This document shows, in pieces, positions 28,070 to 37,791 of a stretch of DNA of 64,000 bases. The stretch lies in the NCBI GenBank assembly GCA_003154195.1, contig PMCS01000008.1:79366-143365 (forward strand), read 5' to 3'. Position 1 is the stretch's first letter, and each line of letters starts with the position of its first letter. The position numbers and the translations under genes are program-made. This stretch comes from Candidatus Omnitrophota bacterium (GTDB taxonomy: Bacteria; Omnitrophota; Gorgyraeia; Duberdicusellales; 4484-171). Under the pieces are notes generated by a model. The model was not told the origin of the DNA and made no database searches. It saw nothing but the letters and a program-made list of their open reading frames with translations.

Positions 28070-29728
28070 TTACGTCAATCGTAAATCCTTTACGGCAAGG
28101 CGGGAAGTATTATAGAAGGGGTCTTTCTCTAGGGTATAGGCGATATCGAAACAGTCGGCGAATTTAACGATTTCCATAAGGTCTTTATCGTAAACAACAG
28201 CTTCCATGGTCCTATCGCTTTGCTCAAGCCATAAGGAAAAACCCCTGCCGGCTTTTTGGGGAGGTTTCTTTTTGGTAACGCCGCGGGTAACAAACAGCGG
28301 CGCGCGGTTCTCCTCTCCGTAAGGCTTGAGCTTCTCCATCTCTTCGCATAACCCCGGGGTAATCTCGTTAAAATCAAGGCGGCAATCGATGTCGCAGACG
28401 GGGACTAAATCATGGGTCGACAAACTTTTTTTAAGATAATCGTTAACGCGCCGGTGGAATGAATTTATCTCATCCCGGGGAATATTGATACCGGCAGCTT
28501 TCTTATGGCCGCCGTACTCGCAAAAACCGGCAGAACATTTCTCTAAAACCTCCATCAGGTGCACACTGTGGATCGAACGCGCCGAACCGCGGGCTGAATC
28601 TTCCTGGAGCGAAAAAACAAAAGACGGCCGATAGTATTTTTCCGCTAATCTTGAAGCGACAATGCCCAGTACCCCGGGATGCCAGTCGTTTCCGGAAACC
28701 ATGATCGCGTAGTCATCGCCGGAATTTTTCTCTAAGATCAACTCTGCCTCCCGTAGGATAACGCTTTCGATATCTTTACGCGTTTTATTATATTCGTTAA
28801 GTTTTTGGGCCAGCCGTAAAGATTCGTCTTGGTCGCGGCTTAAAAATAAATCCAGAGCGTCGTTGGCGTGCGCGATGCGTCCGGCGGCGTTAATGCGCGG
28901 GCCGAGAATAAACCCCAGGTGAAACGAATCGAGATTCCTCTGTTTGACGCCGCTGGCCTCGCACAAGCTTTTAATCGCAAGGCGTTCGCTCTGGCGGATA
29001 CATTTTAAGCCTTCGATTAAAAGAGCCCTGTTTTCGCCGCGCAAGGGAACAACATCACAAACAATAGACAAGGCCGCCAAATCCAAAACATCATAGCAAT
29101 CCTCGCCGGTCAACGCCTGCAACAGCTTAAACGACAGGGCTCCGGCGCTGAAATCTTTAAAAGGATAATCCGAATCCGCTCTCTTGGGATTAACAAACGC
29201 GAATGGCCGGTTTGCTCCTTCCTTAGGGTGATGGTGATCGACCACAATCGCCTCTATCCCGTATTGTTCCGCTAAATTTATCTCATTAAAAGAATTTGTG
29301 CCGCAATCAAAAGCGACGATAAGGCCGGCGCCGAAAGAACGGGCTTTTTCGATCGCGTCAACGCTTAACCCGTAACCGTCATTGACGCGATGGGGGATAT
29401 AAAAAAAACAGGGCGAAGTATGGCGCAAAATAAATTCATTAAATATCGCGCAACTGGTGACGCCATCGACATCATAATCGCCGACGACAAATATCTTTTC
29501 CCGCGCGGTAATCGCTTTCTTGATACGCTCAACCGCCCGGGCCATATCGGGAAGCGCCAGCGGCGAAGGAAGATGATCGACATCGGGATTCAAAAATTCT
29601 TCGACATCGTCGCCTCCGGATAAACGATAGGCCAAAACCTGCGCCAATGGCAGGGAAATGTTATAGCGCTCGCTAAAGGCTCGGGCTTGCGGATGGGTTT
29701 CTTTTATTTTCCAGTTTTTTCGTTTCAT
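28070..29728 (-). CDS. recJ: ssDNA exonuclease RecJ
   Basis: GDYDVDG, DCG, DHH, PRINAAGR, GGHKKAAG. Start ATG 29728; the ORF-track extension is a family C repeat. Confidence 0.96.
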   Translation of the reverse strand: MKRKNWKIKETHPQARAFSERYNISLPLAQVLAYRLSGGDDVEEFLNPDVDHLPSPLALPDMARAVERIKKAITAREKIFVVGDYDVDGVTSCAIFNEFILRHTSPCFFYIPHRVNDGYGLSVDAIEKARSFGAGLIVAFDCGTNSFNEINLAEQYGIEAIVVDHHHPKEGANRPFAFVNPKRADSDYPFKDFSAGALSFKLLQALTGEDCYDVLDLAALSIVCDVVPLRGENRALLIEGLKCIRQSERLAIKSLCEASGVKQRNLDSFHLGFILGPRINAAGRIAHANDALDLFLSRDQDESLRLAQKLNEYNKTRKDIESVILREAELILEKNSGDDYAIMVSGNDWHPGVLGIVASRLAEKYYRPSFVFSLQEDSARGSARSIHSVHLMEVLEKCSAGFCEYGGHKKAAGINIPRDEINSFHRRVNDYLKKSLSTHDLVPVCDIDCRLDFNEITPGLCEEMEKLKPYGEENRAPLFVTRGVTKKKPPQKAGRGFSLWLEQSDRTMEAVVYDKDLMEIVKFADCFDIAYTLEKDPFYNTSRLAVKDLRLT

Positions 29729-29777
29729 ATTTTTTTGCTTCGCAAAAAAATATCCTTCCATCCGCTTCACGGATGGA
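29728..29777. repeat. family C bipartite hairpin abutting the recJ start
   Basis: TATTTTTTTGCTTCGCAAAAAAATA plus CCATCCGCTTCACGGATGG. Confidence 0.8.
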
Positions 29778-29944
29778 AAAGACACATCAAAATACCGACA
29801 CACCTATCAAACGTAGTCTTCTGGTACATGGATAACTCTCAAAATTTATTTTATCATAAAAACGGCGGAAACAGAAAAGATTTTAAAATTCGGCTTAATA
29901 TATAACATATTTATTAGCGAAATGCCAATTTTCAACCGGGAAAA

Positions 29945-31951
29945 TCAGAACTCTCGTTTCAGGAAAATAACGCTCAAGGCAGGTAGTGTCAGATTGAGGG
30001 AATAAGGCTGGTTGTGCATGGTTATCCAGTCGGCGTTAACCCCACCGCAATTGCCCTGGTTGCCGCCGCCATACTTAAATGCGTCGCTGTTTAATACCTC
30101 TTTCCAGTAGCCTTCAGCGGGAACACCGACGCGGTAAGCGTAACGCGTTACCGGCGTAAGGTTGCAAACGACTAAAATCACATTCGGCGTGGTGGCGCCG
30201 CGCCGGATAAAGCTGACGACGCCGGAATCGGTATCGGAAAAATCGATCCAGGAAAAGCCTTCCCATGTAAAATCTTTTTGGAACAGCACCGGTTCGTTAC
30301 GATAAAAATGGTTCAGGTCTTTTACCCATGTTTGTATCCCCTTATGCCAATCTATCCCCAACAAATGCCAATCAAGGCTGGAATCGTGGTCCCATTCGCG
30401 GCCCTGCGCCAATTCCGCACCCATAAACAAAAGTTTCTTGCCGGGAAACCCGTACATATAGCCGAAAAGCTGGCGCAAATTGGCAAATTTCTGCCAGCAT
30501 TCCCCGGGCATCTTAGAAAGCAGCGAACCTTTACCGTGGACGACTTCATCGTGCGAAAGGGAAAGCATGAAGTTTTCCGTAAACGCGTAAAGCATACTGA
30601 AGGTAAGGTTATTATGGTGATGCTTGCGGTAAACCGGGTCTTTGCTGAAAAACTCCAGGGTATCGTGCATCCAGCCCATGTTCCACTTAAGACCGAAGCC
30701 GAGGCCGCCTTCATGGATCGGCTTAGAGACCTTGGTCCACGATGTCGATTCCTCGGCGATCATCTGCGTCCCCGGATAATTTTTATAAACCGCTTCATTA
30801 AGGCGCTTGAGAAAATGAATCGCGTCTAAATTTTCCCGGCCGCCCTGGGCATTAGGGATCCACTCCCCTTCTTTACGGGAATAATCCAGGTAAAGCATCG
30901 ATGCTACCGCGTCCACGCGCAAGCCGTCGGCGTGATACCGGTCAAGCCAGAAGAGAGCGCTGGAGATCAAAAACGAACGCACTTCATTGCGGCCATAGTT
31001 AAAAATATAACTCTTCCAATCGGGATGGAATCCTTTTTTATCGTCATTGTGTTCATATAAATCGGTCCCGTCAAAATTCATCAGCCCATGCAAATCGCCG
31101 GGGAAATGACTGGGAACCCAGTCTAAAATAACACCGATACCCTGCTCGTGCAGGTAATCGACCAGGTACATAAAATCCTGCGGGCTGCCGTAACGGCTGG
31201 AAGGCGCGAAATATCCGGTTACCTGATACCCCCAGGAAGCATAGAAAGGATGTTCCATTACCGGCATGAATTCTACGTGGGTAAATCCCATTTCCTGCAC
31301 GTAATCCGCCAAGCGCGGCCCTAATTCCCGATAAGAAAGCGAGCGGTTGCCGTCTTCGGGAACCTTGCGCCAGCTGGGCAGATGCATTTCGTAAATCGAC
31401 ATCGGGCTGTTTAAATCATTAAACCGGTAACGGTTCTGGATCCACTCGTCGTCGTGCCAATCATAATTAAGACTGCTGACCACCGAAGCGGTTTTAGGCG
31501 GCATCTCGCAGAAAAAAGCGTAGGGATCGGCTTTTTCTAAAATCTGCCGGTGAAATCGGGAAACAATGTGGTATTTATAAATCGCGCCGGCAGGTACTCC
31601 GGGAATAAACCCTTCCCAGAGGCCGGTAGAATCCCAGCGGCTGGACAAAGGATGCGCCCCGGGGTTCCAGTTGTTAAAATCGCCTACCACCGAAACGCTT
31701 TCGGCGTCCGGAGCCCATACGGCGAAATGCGCGCCGGCCTTGCGTCCCACCATGCGCAGATGCGCTCCCAATTTTTCGTATAGCCGGAAATGATTGCCTT
31801 CGCGGAAATAATGGGCGTCTTCATCATTAAATTCACTGACGCCGTAAATTACCTCGCCGATAGGCTGAGGCGGGTGGGAAATTTTCAGCGATAAGGGCTT
31901 TTTAACCCTGACTGGATTTCTTCTTGTATTGGATTTTTGTTTTTTTATCAC
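29945..31951 (-). CDS. glgB: 1,4-alpha-glucan branching enzyme
   Basis: FAVWAP, SWGYQ, DWVPSHF, RVDAVASM, AEEST, SHDEVVHGK. Confidence 0.98.
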   Translation of the reverse strand: MIKKQKSNTRRNPVRVKKPLSLKISHPPQPIGEVIYGVSEFNDEDAHYFREGNHFRLYEKLGAHLRMVGRKAGAHFAVWAPDAESVSVVGDFNNWNPGAHPLSSRWDSTGLWEGFIPGVPAGAIYKYHIVSRFHRQILEKADPYAFFCEMPPKTASVVSSLNYDWHDDEWIQNRYRFNDLNSPMSIYEMHLPSWRKVPEDGNRSLSYRELGPRLADYVQEMGFTHVEFMPVMEHPFYASWGYQVTGYFAPSSRYGSPQDFMYLVDYLHEQGIGVILDWVPSHFPGDLHGLMNFDGTDLYEHNDDKKGFHPDWKSYIFNYGRNEVRSFLISSALFWLDRYHADGLRVDAVASMLYLDYSRKEGEWIPNAQGGRENLDAIHFLKRLNEAVYKNYPGTQMIAEESTSWTKVSKPIHEGGLGFGLKWNMGWMHDTLEFFSKDPVYRKHHHNNLTFSMLYAFTENFMLSLSHDEVVHGKGSLLSKMPGECWQKFANLRQLFGYMYGFPGKKLLFMGAELAQGREWDHDSSLDWHLLGIDWHKGIQTWVKDLNHFYRNEPVLFQKDFTWEGFSWIDFSDTDSGVVSFIRRGATTPNVILVVCNLTPVTRYAYRVGVPAEGYWKEVLNSDAFKYGGGNQGNCGGVNADWITMHNQPYSLNLTLPALSVIFLKREF

Positions 31952-31962
31952 GATAGGGATAT

Positions 31963-32055
31963 TTTTTTAGCCACGGATACGCACTGATTAAACACAGATA
32001 AAATAATTATTTAATTATTTTCATCCGTGTTTATCCGTGTCAATCTGTGGCAAAA
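31963..32055. repeat. empty decamer-arm hairpin
   Basis: ccacggatac gcactgatta aacacagat ... atccgtgttt atccgtgtca atctgtggc. Confidence 0.8.
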
Positions 32056-32078
32056 TAAAAACACCGATAATCAGCTTA

Positions 32079-32531
32079 TCAAGCAGCATTCAACTTGCTT
32101 CTCACTATTTCGCTGACTTTTTTGGAATCGGCGCGGACGCCGACCTTAGCCAGGACTTCTTTCATCACCTTGCCCATATCTTTAATAGAAGAGCTGCCGG
32201 TATCTTTAATCGCCTGGGCGACGATATCGGACAATTCCGCGGCGGTTAAGCCCTCAGGAAGATAGACATTTAAAATGTTTATTTGCGAATCGACTTCCTG
32301 GATGAATTCCGGCTTGCTGGCCGTGCCGATACTTGTCTTAGCGTCATCCAGACGTTTTTTCTGTTTACTGATAACCGTCAATGTTTCATTATCGTCAAGC
32401 TTATTTTTTTTCGCGGCGATTGCCGCGTTCTTGATCTCGGCGCGCAAATAGTTTAAAAAATCAAACCGCGGCTTATCCTTCGCCTTCATCGCCGCAACAT
32501 AATCCTGATAAATTTTTTCTTCTATTGTCAT
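32079..32531 (-). CDS. GatB/YqeY domain protein
   Basis: AMKAKD, YLP, KDMGKVM motifs. Confidence 0.92.
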   Translation of the reverse strand: MTIEEKIYQDYVAAMKAKDKPRFDFLNYLRAEIKNAAIAAKKNKLDDNETLTVISKQKKRLDDAKTSIGTASKPEFIQEVDSQINILNVYLPEGLTAAELSDIVAQAIKDTGSSSIKDMGKVMKEVLAKVGVRADSKKVSEIVRSKLNAA

Positions 32532-32644
32532 AGCTATTCTCCTTTTTATTTATTTTTTGCGCAGCAAAAAATAAATAATTATATTATACCAAAACGACAG
32601 CGTAAAAAAAGGTTTATCGCGATAAGCTATGTTTCCACTGCTTG

Positions 32645-33913
32645 CTATATACTTGTGGGGATGGCCGGTATTATCCCTTTTTTCAAATATACCAGGCGTA
32701 TCTTTTCCCGCAAGACCGGCAACTTCCCGCTGAACAGCAAAGCGCCGATAACACAGCACACCCCTCCGATCAAAAGCGTTGCCGGCGCGCCGATTTTAGT
32801 CGCCAAGGTTCCGGCAAACAGGCTGCCGAACGGCATTGTCCCCATAAACGCCATCGTGTAAAAACTCATCACCCGGCCGCGCTTATCGTCGTCGACCACT
32901 GTCTGCAAAATCGTATTGGATGAAGCCATCTGGACCATCATGCTGAACCCCGCGGCCAGGATAAAAAACATTGCCAGCCATAAATTACGGCAGAAAGAAA
33001 CCGCGATAATCGCCAAGCCGAAAGAAGCGGTATTCAGCATAATCAGATTTTCCAAACCAATAACTTTTTTCCGGCCGGCAAGATAAATCGCGCCGGTTAA
33101 CGCCCCCACCCCCGACATCGCCACCAGAAACCCCAACGTCCGGGAATCGCCGTGAAAAACATCGCGCGCAAACACCGGCATCAACACCTGGTAGGGCACG
33201 CCGACCAAACTGGTCATTGCCAGGAGAAAAATAATATATTTTATCGGCGCGAAACCCATCACGTACTTTAAACCGTCTTTTATTTCCGATAGCATACGCT
33301 TATCGGGAATATTTTTCTCTACATAGGTTATTTTCATCGCCAGCAGGGAAACAATCACTGCGATATAGCTCACGGCGTTAAGCAAAAAACAGACCCCTTC
33401 TCCGGCAATGGCGATAATAATCCCGGCAAATGCCGGCCCCAGGAGCTTAGCGATATTAAACATCGACGAATTAAGCGCGATCGCATTGCCCAAATCCTCT
33501 TTCTTCTCGATCATCTCGATGATAAACGACTGGCGTATCGGGATATCGAAACAATTCACTATGCCCAGTAAAGAGCCAAGCGCGATTATCTGCCAGATGA
33601 CGATATGGTTGGTCAGTACCAAGATCGTTAAAACTACCGCCTGAAGCATCGCCAGGCTCTGGGTAATCACCAGCAACCGGTGTTTATTGTGCCGGTCGGC
33701 AATGACCCCGGCAAAAGGAGAAAAAACAAAGGTGGGAATTTGGCTGGCGAAACCGGCCACGCCCAAAAGCAGCGCTGAATTCGTCAGCCGGTACACCAAC
33801 CACCCTACGGCAATAGACTGCATCCAGGTGCCGATAAGGGAAATAACCTGGCCGAAAAAAAACAGGCGGTAATTACGGTAAGATAAACAACGGAAAACAA
33901 GTTTGAAATTCAT
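32645..33913 (-). CDS. MFS transporter
   Basis: NYRLFFFGQVISLIGTWMQ, GVIADR, RGRVMS; about 12 TM segments. Confidence 0.95.
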   Translation of the reverse strand: MNFKLVFRCLSYRNYRLFFFGQVISLIGTWMQSIAVGWLVYRLTNSALLLGVAGFASQIPTFVFSPFAGVIADRHNKHRLLVITQSLAMLQAVVLTILVLTNHIVIWQIIALGSLLGIVNCFDIPIRQSFIIEMIEKKEDLGNAIALNSSMFNIAKLLGPAFAGIIIAIAGEGVCFLLNAVSYIAVIVSLLAMKITYVEKNIPDKRMLSEIKDGLKYVMGFAPIKYIIFLLAMTSLVGVPYQVLMPVFARDVFHGDSRTLGFLVAMSGVGALTGAIYLAGRKKVIGLENLIMLNTASFGLAIIAVSFCRNLWLAMFFILAAGFSMMVQMASSNTILQTVVDDDKRGRVMSFYTMAFMGTMPFGSLFAGTLATKIGAPATLLIGGVCCVIGALLFSGKLPVLREKIRLVYLKKGIIPAIPTSI

Positions 33914-34055
33914 AGTCAGGTATTATAGCAAAAGCGGCGGGTTTGGGTAGGATTAAAAGACAGCGGGCAGGAAGGAGTAGGTAGGAATGCTGAAGGCGTA
34001 ATTATCTAAAATAACACTATACGCTTACCCGAAAGCACACTAGAATAGAAGGCCC

Positions 34056-34595
34056 ATGATGATACATTTCGATAAATTATGCAAGCAGGCTAATTTTATC
34101 GTGATAAAATATTTTAACAACCACGGTTATCAATTCCGGAATAATGCCTGTGAGGAACAAGACTTACGACAGGAAGCCAATATACTTGTATGGCATATCC
34201 TTAAAAGCAAAAATTACCAGGATAAACCCTTTCCTGAATTAAAAAAAATCATAAACTCAGCGGTGGGAAGAAGAATGGAAGATCTAAAAAATAAAGCCCA
34301 TAGATATGCCGAGAAATTCACGGTTATTAACTTAGAAATGCAGGTAAACGACGATGAATATCTTGATAGCCTTAATCCCGAAGACAGCCGTCGGAAAGAA
34401 ATATACCCATTTATTAACGATTTAGGTAAATTAGGTGTTTGTACCCCCCAAGAATGCGACTTGATCCATAAAAGATTCGTCCTAAACAGGACAATGGAAG
34501 AGATTGGGGCCGAATATAAGGTATCCAAGGGGCGAATCAGCCAGATATTTAAAGAAATCCTGGAAAAAGTCAAAAATAAATTAAACAATTCCTAA
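34056..34595 (+). CDS. orphan sigma-70-like protein
   Basis: Region 2-like EEQDLRQEA and region 4 HTH TMEEIGAEYKVSKGRISQI. Confidence 0.7.
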   Translation: MMIHFDKLCKQANFIVIKYFNNHGYQFRNNACEEQDLRQEANILVWHILKSKNYQDKPFPELKKIINSAVGRRMEDLKNKAHRYAEKFTVINLEMQVNDDEYLDSLNPEDSRRKEIYPFINDLGKLGVCTPQECDLIHKRFVLNRTMEEIGAEYKVSKGRISQIFKEILEKVKNKLNNS

Positions 34596-34857
34596 CTTCA
34601 TCCCATTAATGTATGTGAAGAGACAATCCGCAACTTAACCTCCCCATTCCAACTTACCCGTCAAATAATACTCAGATCGGTTTAAATTAAGCTAAAATAC
34701 TAGGTTTTTGTGGTAATCGGCGGGTTGTGAGCTAATATATCGTGTCCCCGGAACTTTGCAAAAATTTCACCACAGAGCGCACAGAGTTCACAGAGATGAT
34801 CAATCAATTCACATTTCAAGGGCTGCCCCTGTTATCCTTCTCCTGTTATCCTTGTTA

Positions 34858-35814
34858 TTAGCGCCTATTTTTTATGTAGCTATTCTTTAATAAAAAATCA
34901 TACGTGGCGTTACAAGCAAAATCATGCCCCTTGGGTGTCCAATGGGACCTGTCTCCGGGATATCGATAAGAAGTTTGCAAAGCAATATATGGTATATTAC
35001 TTTTTATACAGTTTGACTCCATATCCTGATCTTTATCGATAAAACCTATGATAAGCGTAGAATTGTTCGCTTTTAAAAAACTATTCATTTCGCATATAAT
35101 ATTATTGGTTGGATCAGGCACGTGAATTGTTGGGCTGGCAATCTGAAATATTACCTTGAGAACAGCGCTAAATAAATAACTTTTAAAAAAACCAGAATGC
35201 TCATGATAATAATAATTTTGCGACTTGGGAACGGGGATTCCCTTTAAGACGAGCTTGTTGCTCTGAATAACGAAATATGGTTTATAATAACCGTCATACC
35301 TTACGTTGGTTGAATTATCATCGCGGTCATTATCTTCAAACATCAAAAATACTATATCTGGTTTATAACGATAGAAATATTTCTTTAGGATGAGATATTC
35401 TTGGTCGGAGCCATAACCGCTGACCCCAAAATTAAGTATCTCATAATCCGGCAACAATTTCTGTAGTTTTTCAGTGAAACGTTCTTTTTGCTCAACGTCA
35501 TATCCCCAGACAAAAGAATCTCCCAGAAAAATGATTCGCGGCTTTCCTTTTGGTCCATGGTCGCGATCGCGAAAGCCAACTGAATTGTTTTTTACAAAAA
35601 TCTTCCTGCTCCCCGTATAATAATGTTCCTCGCCGCTTATGGGAAACCATCCCAGTTCTTTATCATATTTATAAAGAAGATTTCGCTCATCGTAATGGAG
35701 AAAACCGCTGAGGCAGCGCGTATTCAAAAATAGCCGGCAGCCCCCTTCGCCTAAAAAACAAGCAAAAACAAGTCCCATAACAATACTAATTATCCAAAAT
35801 AATAATTTTTTCAT
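34858..35814 (-). CDS. SGNH/GDSL hydrolase family membrane-anchored protein
   Basis: NSVGFRD, LGDSFVWG, NFGVSGYG, SHWTPKGH. Confidence 0.9.
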   Translation of the reverse strand: MKKLLFWIISIVMGLVFACFLGEGGCRLFLNTRCLSGFLHYDERNLLYKYDKELGWFPISGEEHYYTGSRKIFVKNNSVGFRDRDHGPKGKPRIIFLGDSFVWGYDVEQKERFTEKLQKLLPDYEILNFGVSGYGSDQEYLILKKYFYRYKPDIVFLMFEDNDRDDNSTNVRYDGYYKPYFVIQSNKLVLKGIPVPKSQNYYYHEHSGFFKSYLFSAVLKVIFQIASPTIHVPDPTNNIICEMNSFLKANNSTLIIGFIDKDQDMESNCIKSNIPYIALQTSYRYPGDRSHWTPKGHDFACNATYDFLLKNSYIKNRR

Positions 35815-36096
35815 AACCCGTTTATTCCAAATCTAGACTGCTCCCCACATCTCCGCCTATCCCGATAAGTATAAGTTTCAAGGAATAACAGCCCTTGCCT
35901 GCCAAAAGTTGAAACTTTTGGCGAGGTCTCGCCTCCGGCGGAAAATGTGAATTGACCCTATTTTCCCCGCCCCTTTTATTTTTTTAATCTGTGAAAATCT
36001 GAGGAATCTGTGGACAAAAAGCTTTCGTTTTTCCAGCTTCCTTTTTCCTTATTTTTTCCAATGCCCCGTTATATCACATTCCCCCAAAAAAGTAAA

Positions 36097-36164
36097 CCCG
36101 AAAAGTGTGTTTAGAGCGAGCAAAGAGCGGCAAATATTTGCCGCGAGTAAACACATTTTTCGGG
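36097..36164. repeat. intergenic hairpin element
   Basis: ACCCGAAAAGTGTGTTTA...TAAACACATTTTTCGGGT with inner GCGGCAAATATTTGCCGC. Confidence 0.55.
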
Positions 36165-36191
36165 TGGAGAAAAACTTTCACCATATTAGAA

Positions 36192-36232
36192 AAACCCCGG
36201 CAAGCAGGTATCTTTACCTGCCTACCGGGGTT
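36192..36232 (-). terminator. probable intrinsic terminator
   Basis: Hairpin AACCCCGG..GCAGGTA/TACCTGC..CCGGGGTT, followed by a T-run on the minus strand, just after the stop at 36249. Confidence 0.55.
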
Positions 36233-36248
36233 CAATCTCTATACTTAC

Positions 36249-36752
36249 TTATTTTTTCTTATTTTCGTTAGCTTCGTTTTTAGGCTCTACTTTTTCACCG
36301 GCCTCTTCCTTCTCATTCATCTCTTCCATCGCTTCTTTCTTATGCTTAGAATTGCACATTCCCTTCAATTCTTTTGCTAATTTGGGATTTGATTTTTCTA
36401 ACGCCGCGGCAGAATCTTTTAAAAGTTTTGTCCTGGCTTCATAGCGTTCCTTACGCGCTTTCCATTCCTGGGCTTCCTTGGTTTTCTCATCGGCAAAAGC
36501 CTTCAATTCTTTCGCTAACTCCGGATTGGTTTTCTCCAAAGCGGCGGCCGAATCATTTAAAGCCTTGATCTTGGCTTCCGGGCTTCCTTTACCTTCTTTC
36601 CCCTTCTTGCAGCAATCTTTACCTTTCCCGCAACACTCCTTGCCATCTTTACCTTTCTCACCGCACTTCTTTTCCGCAAACGATGAACCGGATACAAAAC
36701 AAGTAACCGCGAACACAAACGCTACAACCAACGCACCTTTTAACAATTTCAT
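36249..36752 (-). CDS. exported Lys/Glu-rich protein with Cys-rich N-terminus and a duplicated helix
   Basis: GGAGG plus ATG 36752; signal peptide; CC motifs; DSAAALEKxNPxLAKELK present twice. Confidence 0.8.
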   Translation of the reverse strand: MKLLKGALVVAFVFAVTCFVSGSSFAEKKCGEKGKDGKECCGKGKDCCKKGKEGKGSPEAKIKALNDSAAALEKTNPELAKELKAFADEKTKEAQEWKARKERYEARTKLLKDSAAALEKSNPKLAKELKGMCNSKHKKEAMEEMNEKEEAGEKVEPKNEANENKKK

Positions 36753-36900
36753 ACCAACCTCCCTTTTAGTTACAATAAAACCTATCCTTGCCACAAAGAC
36801 GCCAAGACTCTAAGCTGGAACAAATGAAGAAAAACCAGATACCCCTTAACAACGAATCACACTAATCACGCGAATAAAATATGAGAAAAAATATCACCAC

Positions 36901-37560
36901 TTAATTTTCTAAAATTTTTGGGGTTGGCGCGGATTCAATACGTATGCCGCCATTATGCTCAATCTTAATCGTATAAATAAGGCCGGGAATAAATCTTGTT
37001 CCGGGAGCTTCAATTTGAGCGTTCTTCACCCCAACCCTCTTTGCCGCGCTGCTGTCCAAAGCGTACCCCCAGAAGTTCTCCCACAGCTTTTGCTCAAAAT
37101 AATTCTTCGCCACAGAAATCCTGTACCCGCCAGGAACTGACTTTGCCTTAGTTATCTCATGCTCAACAGTATTCGCCCCATCAAGAGAAAATACCTTCCA
37201 GAAAATATAGGCGCTCCTGCCGCGAAGCCCATCGCCTTTTTTAACATAAACATCATCGAACCGTATCACTAAAGATTGAAACTGGATAATATTATCGGGA
37301 AAAGTAAAATATAAGGGCGCTAAGGGATTACCTCGTGAATCGAACTCTAAAAATTTAATCGTAGTGGGGTGTTTTTTGGTCTTGGGGTCAAATTTTGTAT
37401 CCGTGACAATAGCTTGCGCGATTCGCGAATCGGCCTGCAGACGGACGATAATCTCTTTTAGTGTTTTAACTTCCTGGAAGCTGCGCCAAAAATAAAAACC
37501 AGCTAAAATTAACCCCAGGACAACCAGTAAATTAAAAATTAATTTAAGTTTTTTGAACAT
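36901..37560 (-). CDS. hypothetical membrane-anchored protein
   Basis: 219-aa ORF with N-terminal TM and coiled segment. Confidence 0.75.
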   Translation of the reverse strand: MFKKLKLIFNLLVVLGLILAGFYFWRSFQEVKTLKEIIVRLQADSRIAQAIVTDTKFDPKTKKHPTTIKFLEFDSRGNPLAPLYFTFPDNIIQFQSLVIRFDDVYVKKGDGLRGRSAYIFWKVFSLDGANTVEHEITKAKSVPGGYRISVAKNYFEQKLWENFWGYALDSSAAKRVGVKNAQIEAPGTRFIPGLIYTIKIEHNGGIRIESAPTPKILEN

Positions 37561-37671
37561 TTATAGAAATATACTGCTCCCTATTAACAAAATAAGGTTT
37601 TTAAGCTGCCCCCCGGAATTACAAAAGAAAAAAGGCACCGACCCCTTTATCAATTCATTTTAAAAGTATAA

Positions 37672-37745
37672 TTGGCCATTAGGCATTTATCATTTTTAAA
37701 AATTTAAAATGGTAAATGGTCAATGAACATTTTAAAATGAAATTA
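37672..37745. repeat. AAATGGT/CATTT heptamer-arm hairpin
   Basis: ccattta ggcattta tcattttt ... aaatggt aaatggt caatga. Confidence 0.55.
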
Positions 37746-37791
37746 CGTATTTATAATTTTGGTGCCTTTGTGTCTATATTTCGCTAAGGTT

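Noticed and set aside
34056-37775. Prophage or integrative element
   Set aside because: No integrase, tRNA target, att duplication or structural genes.
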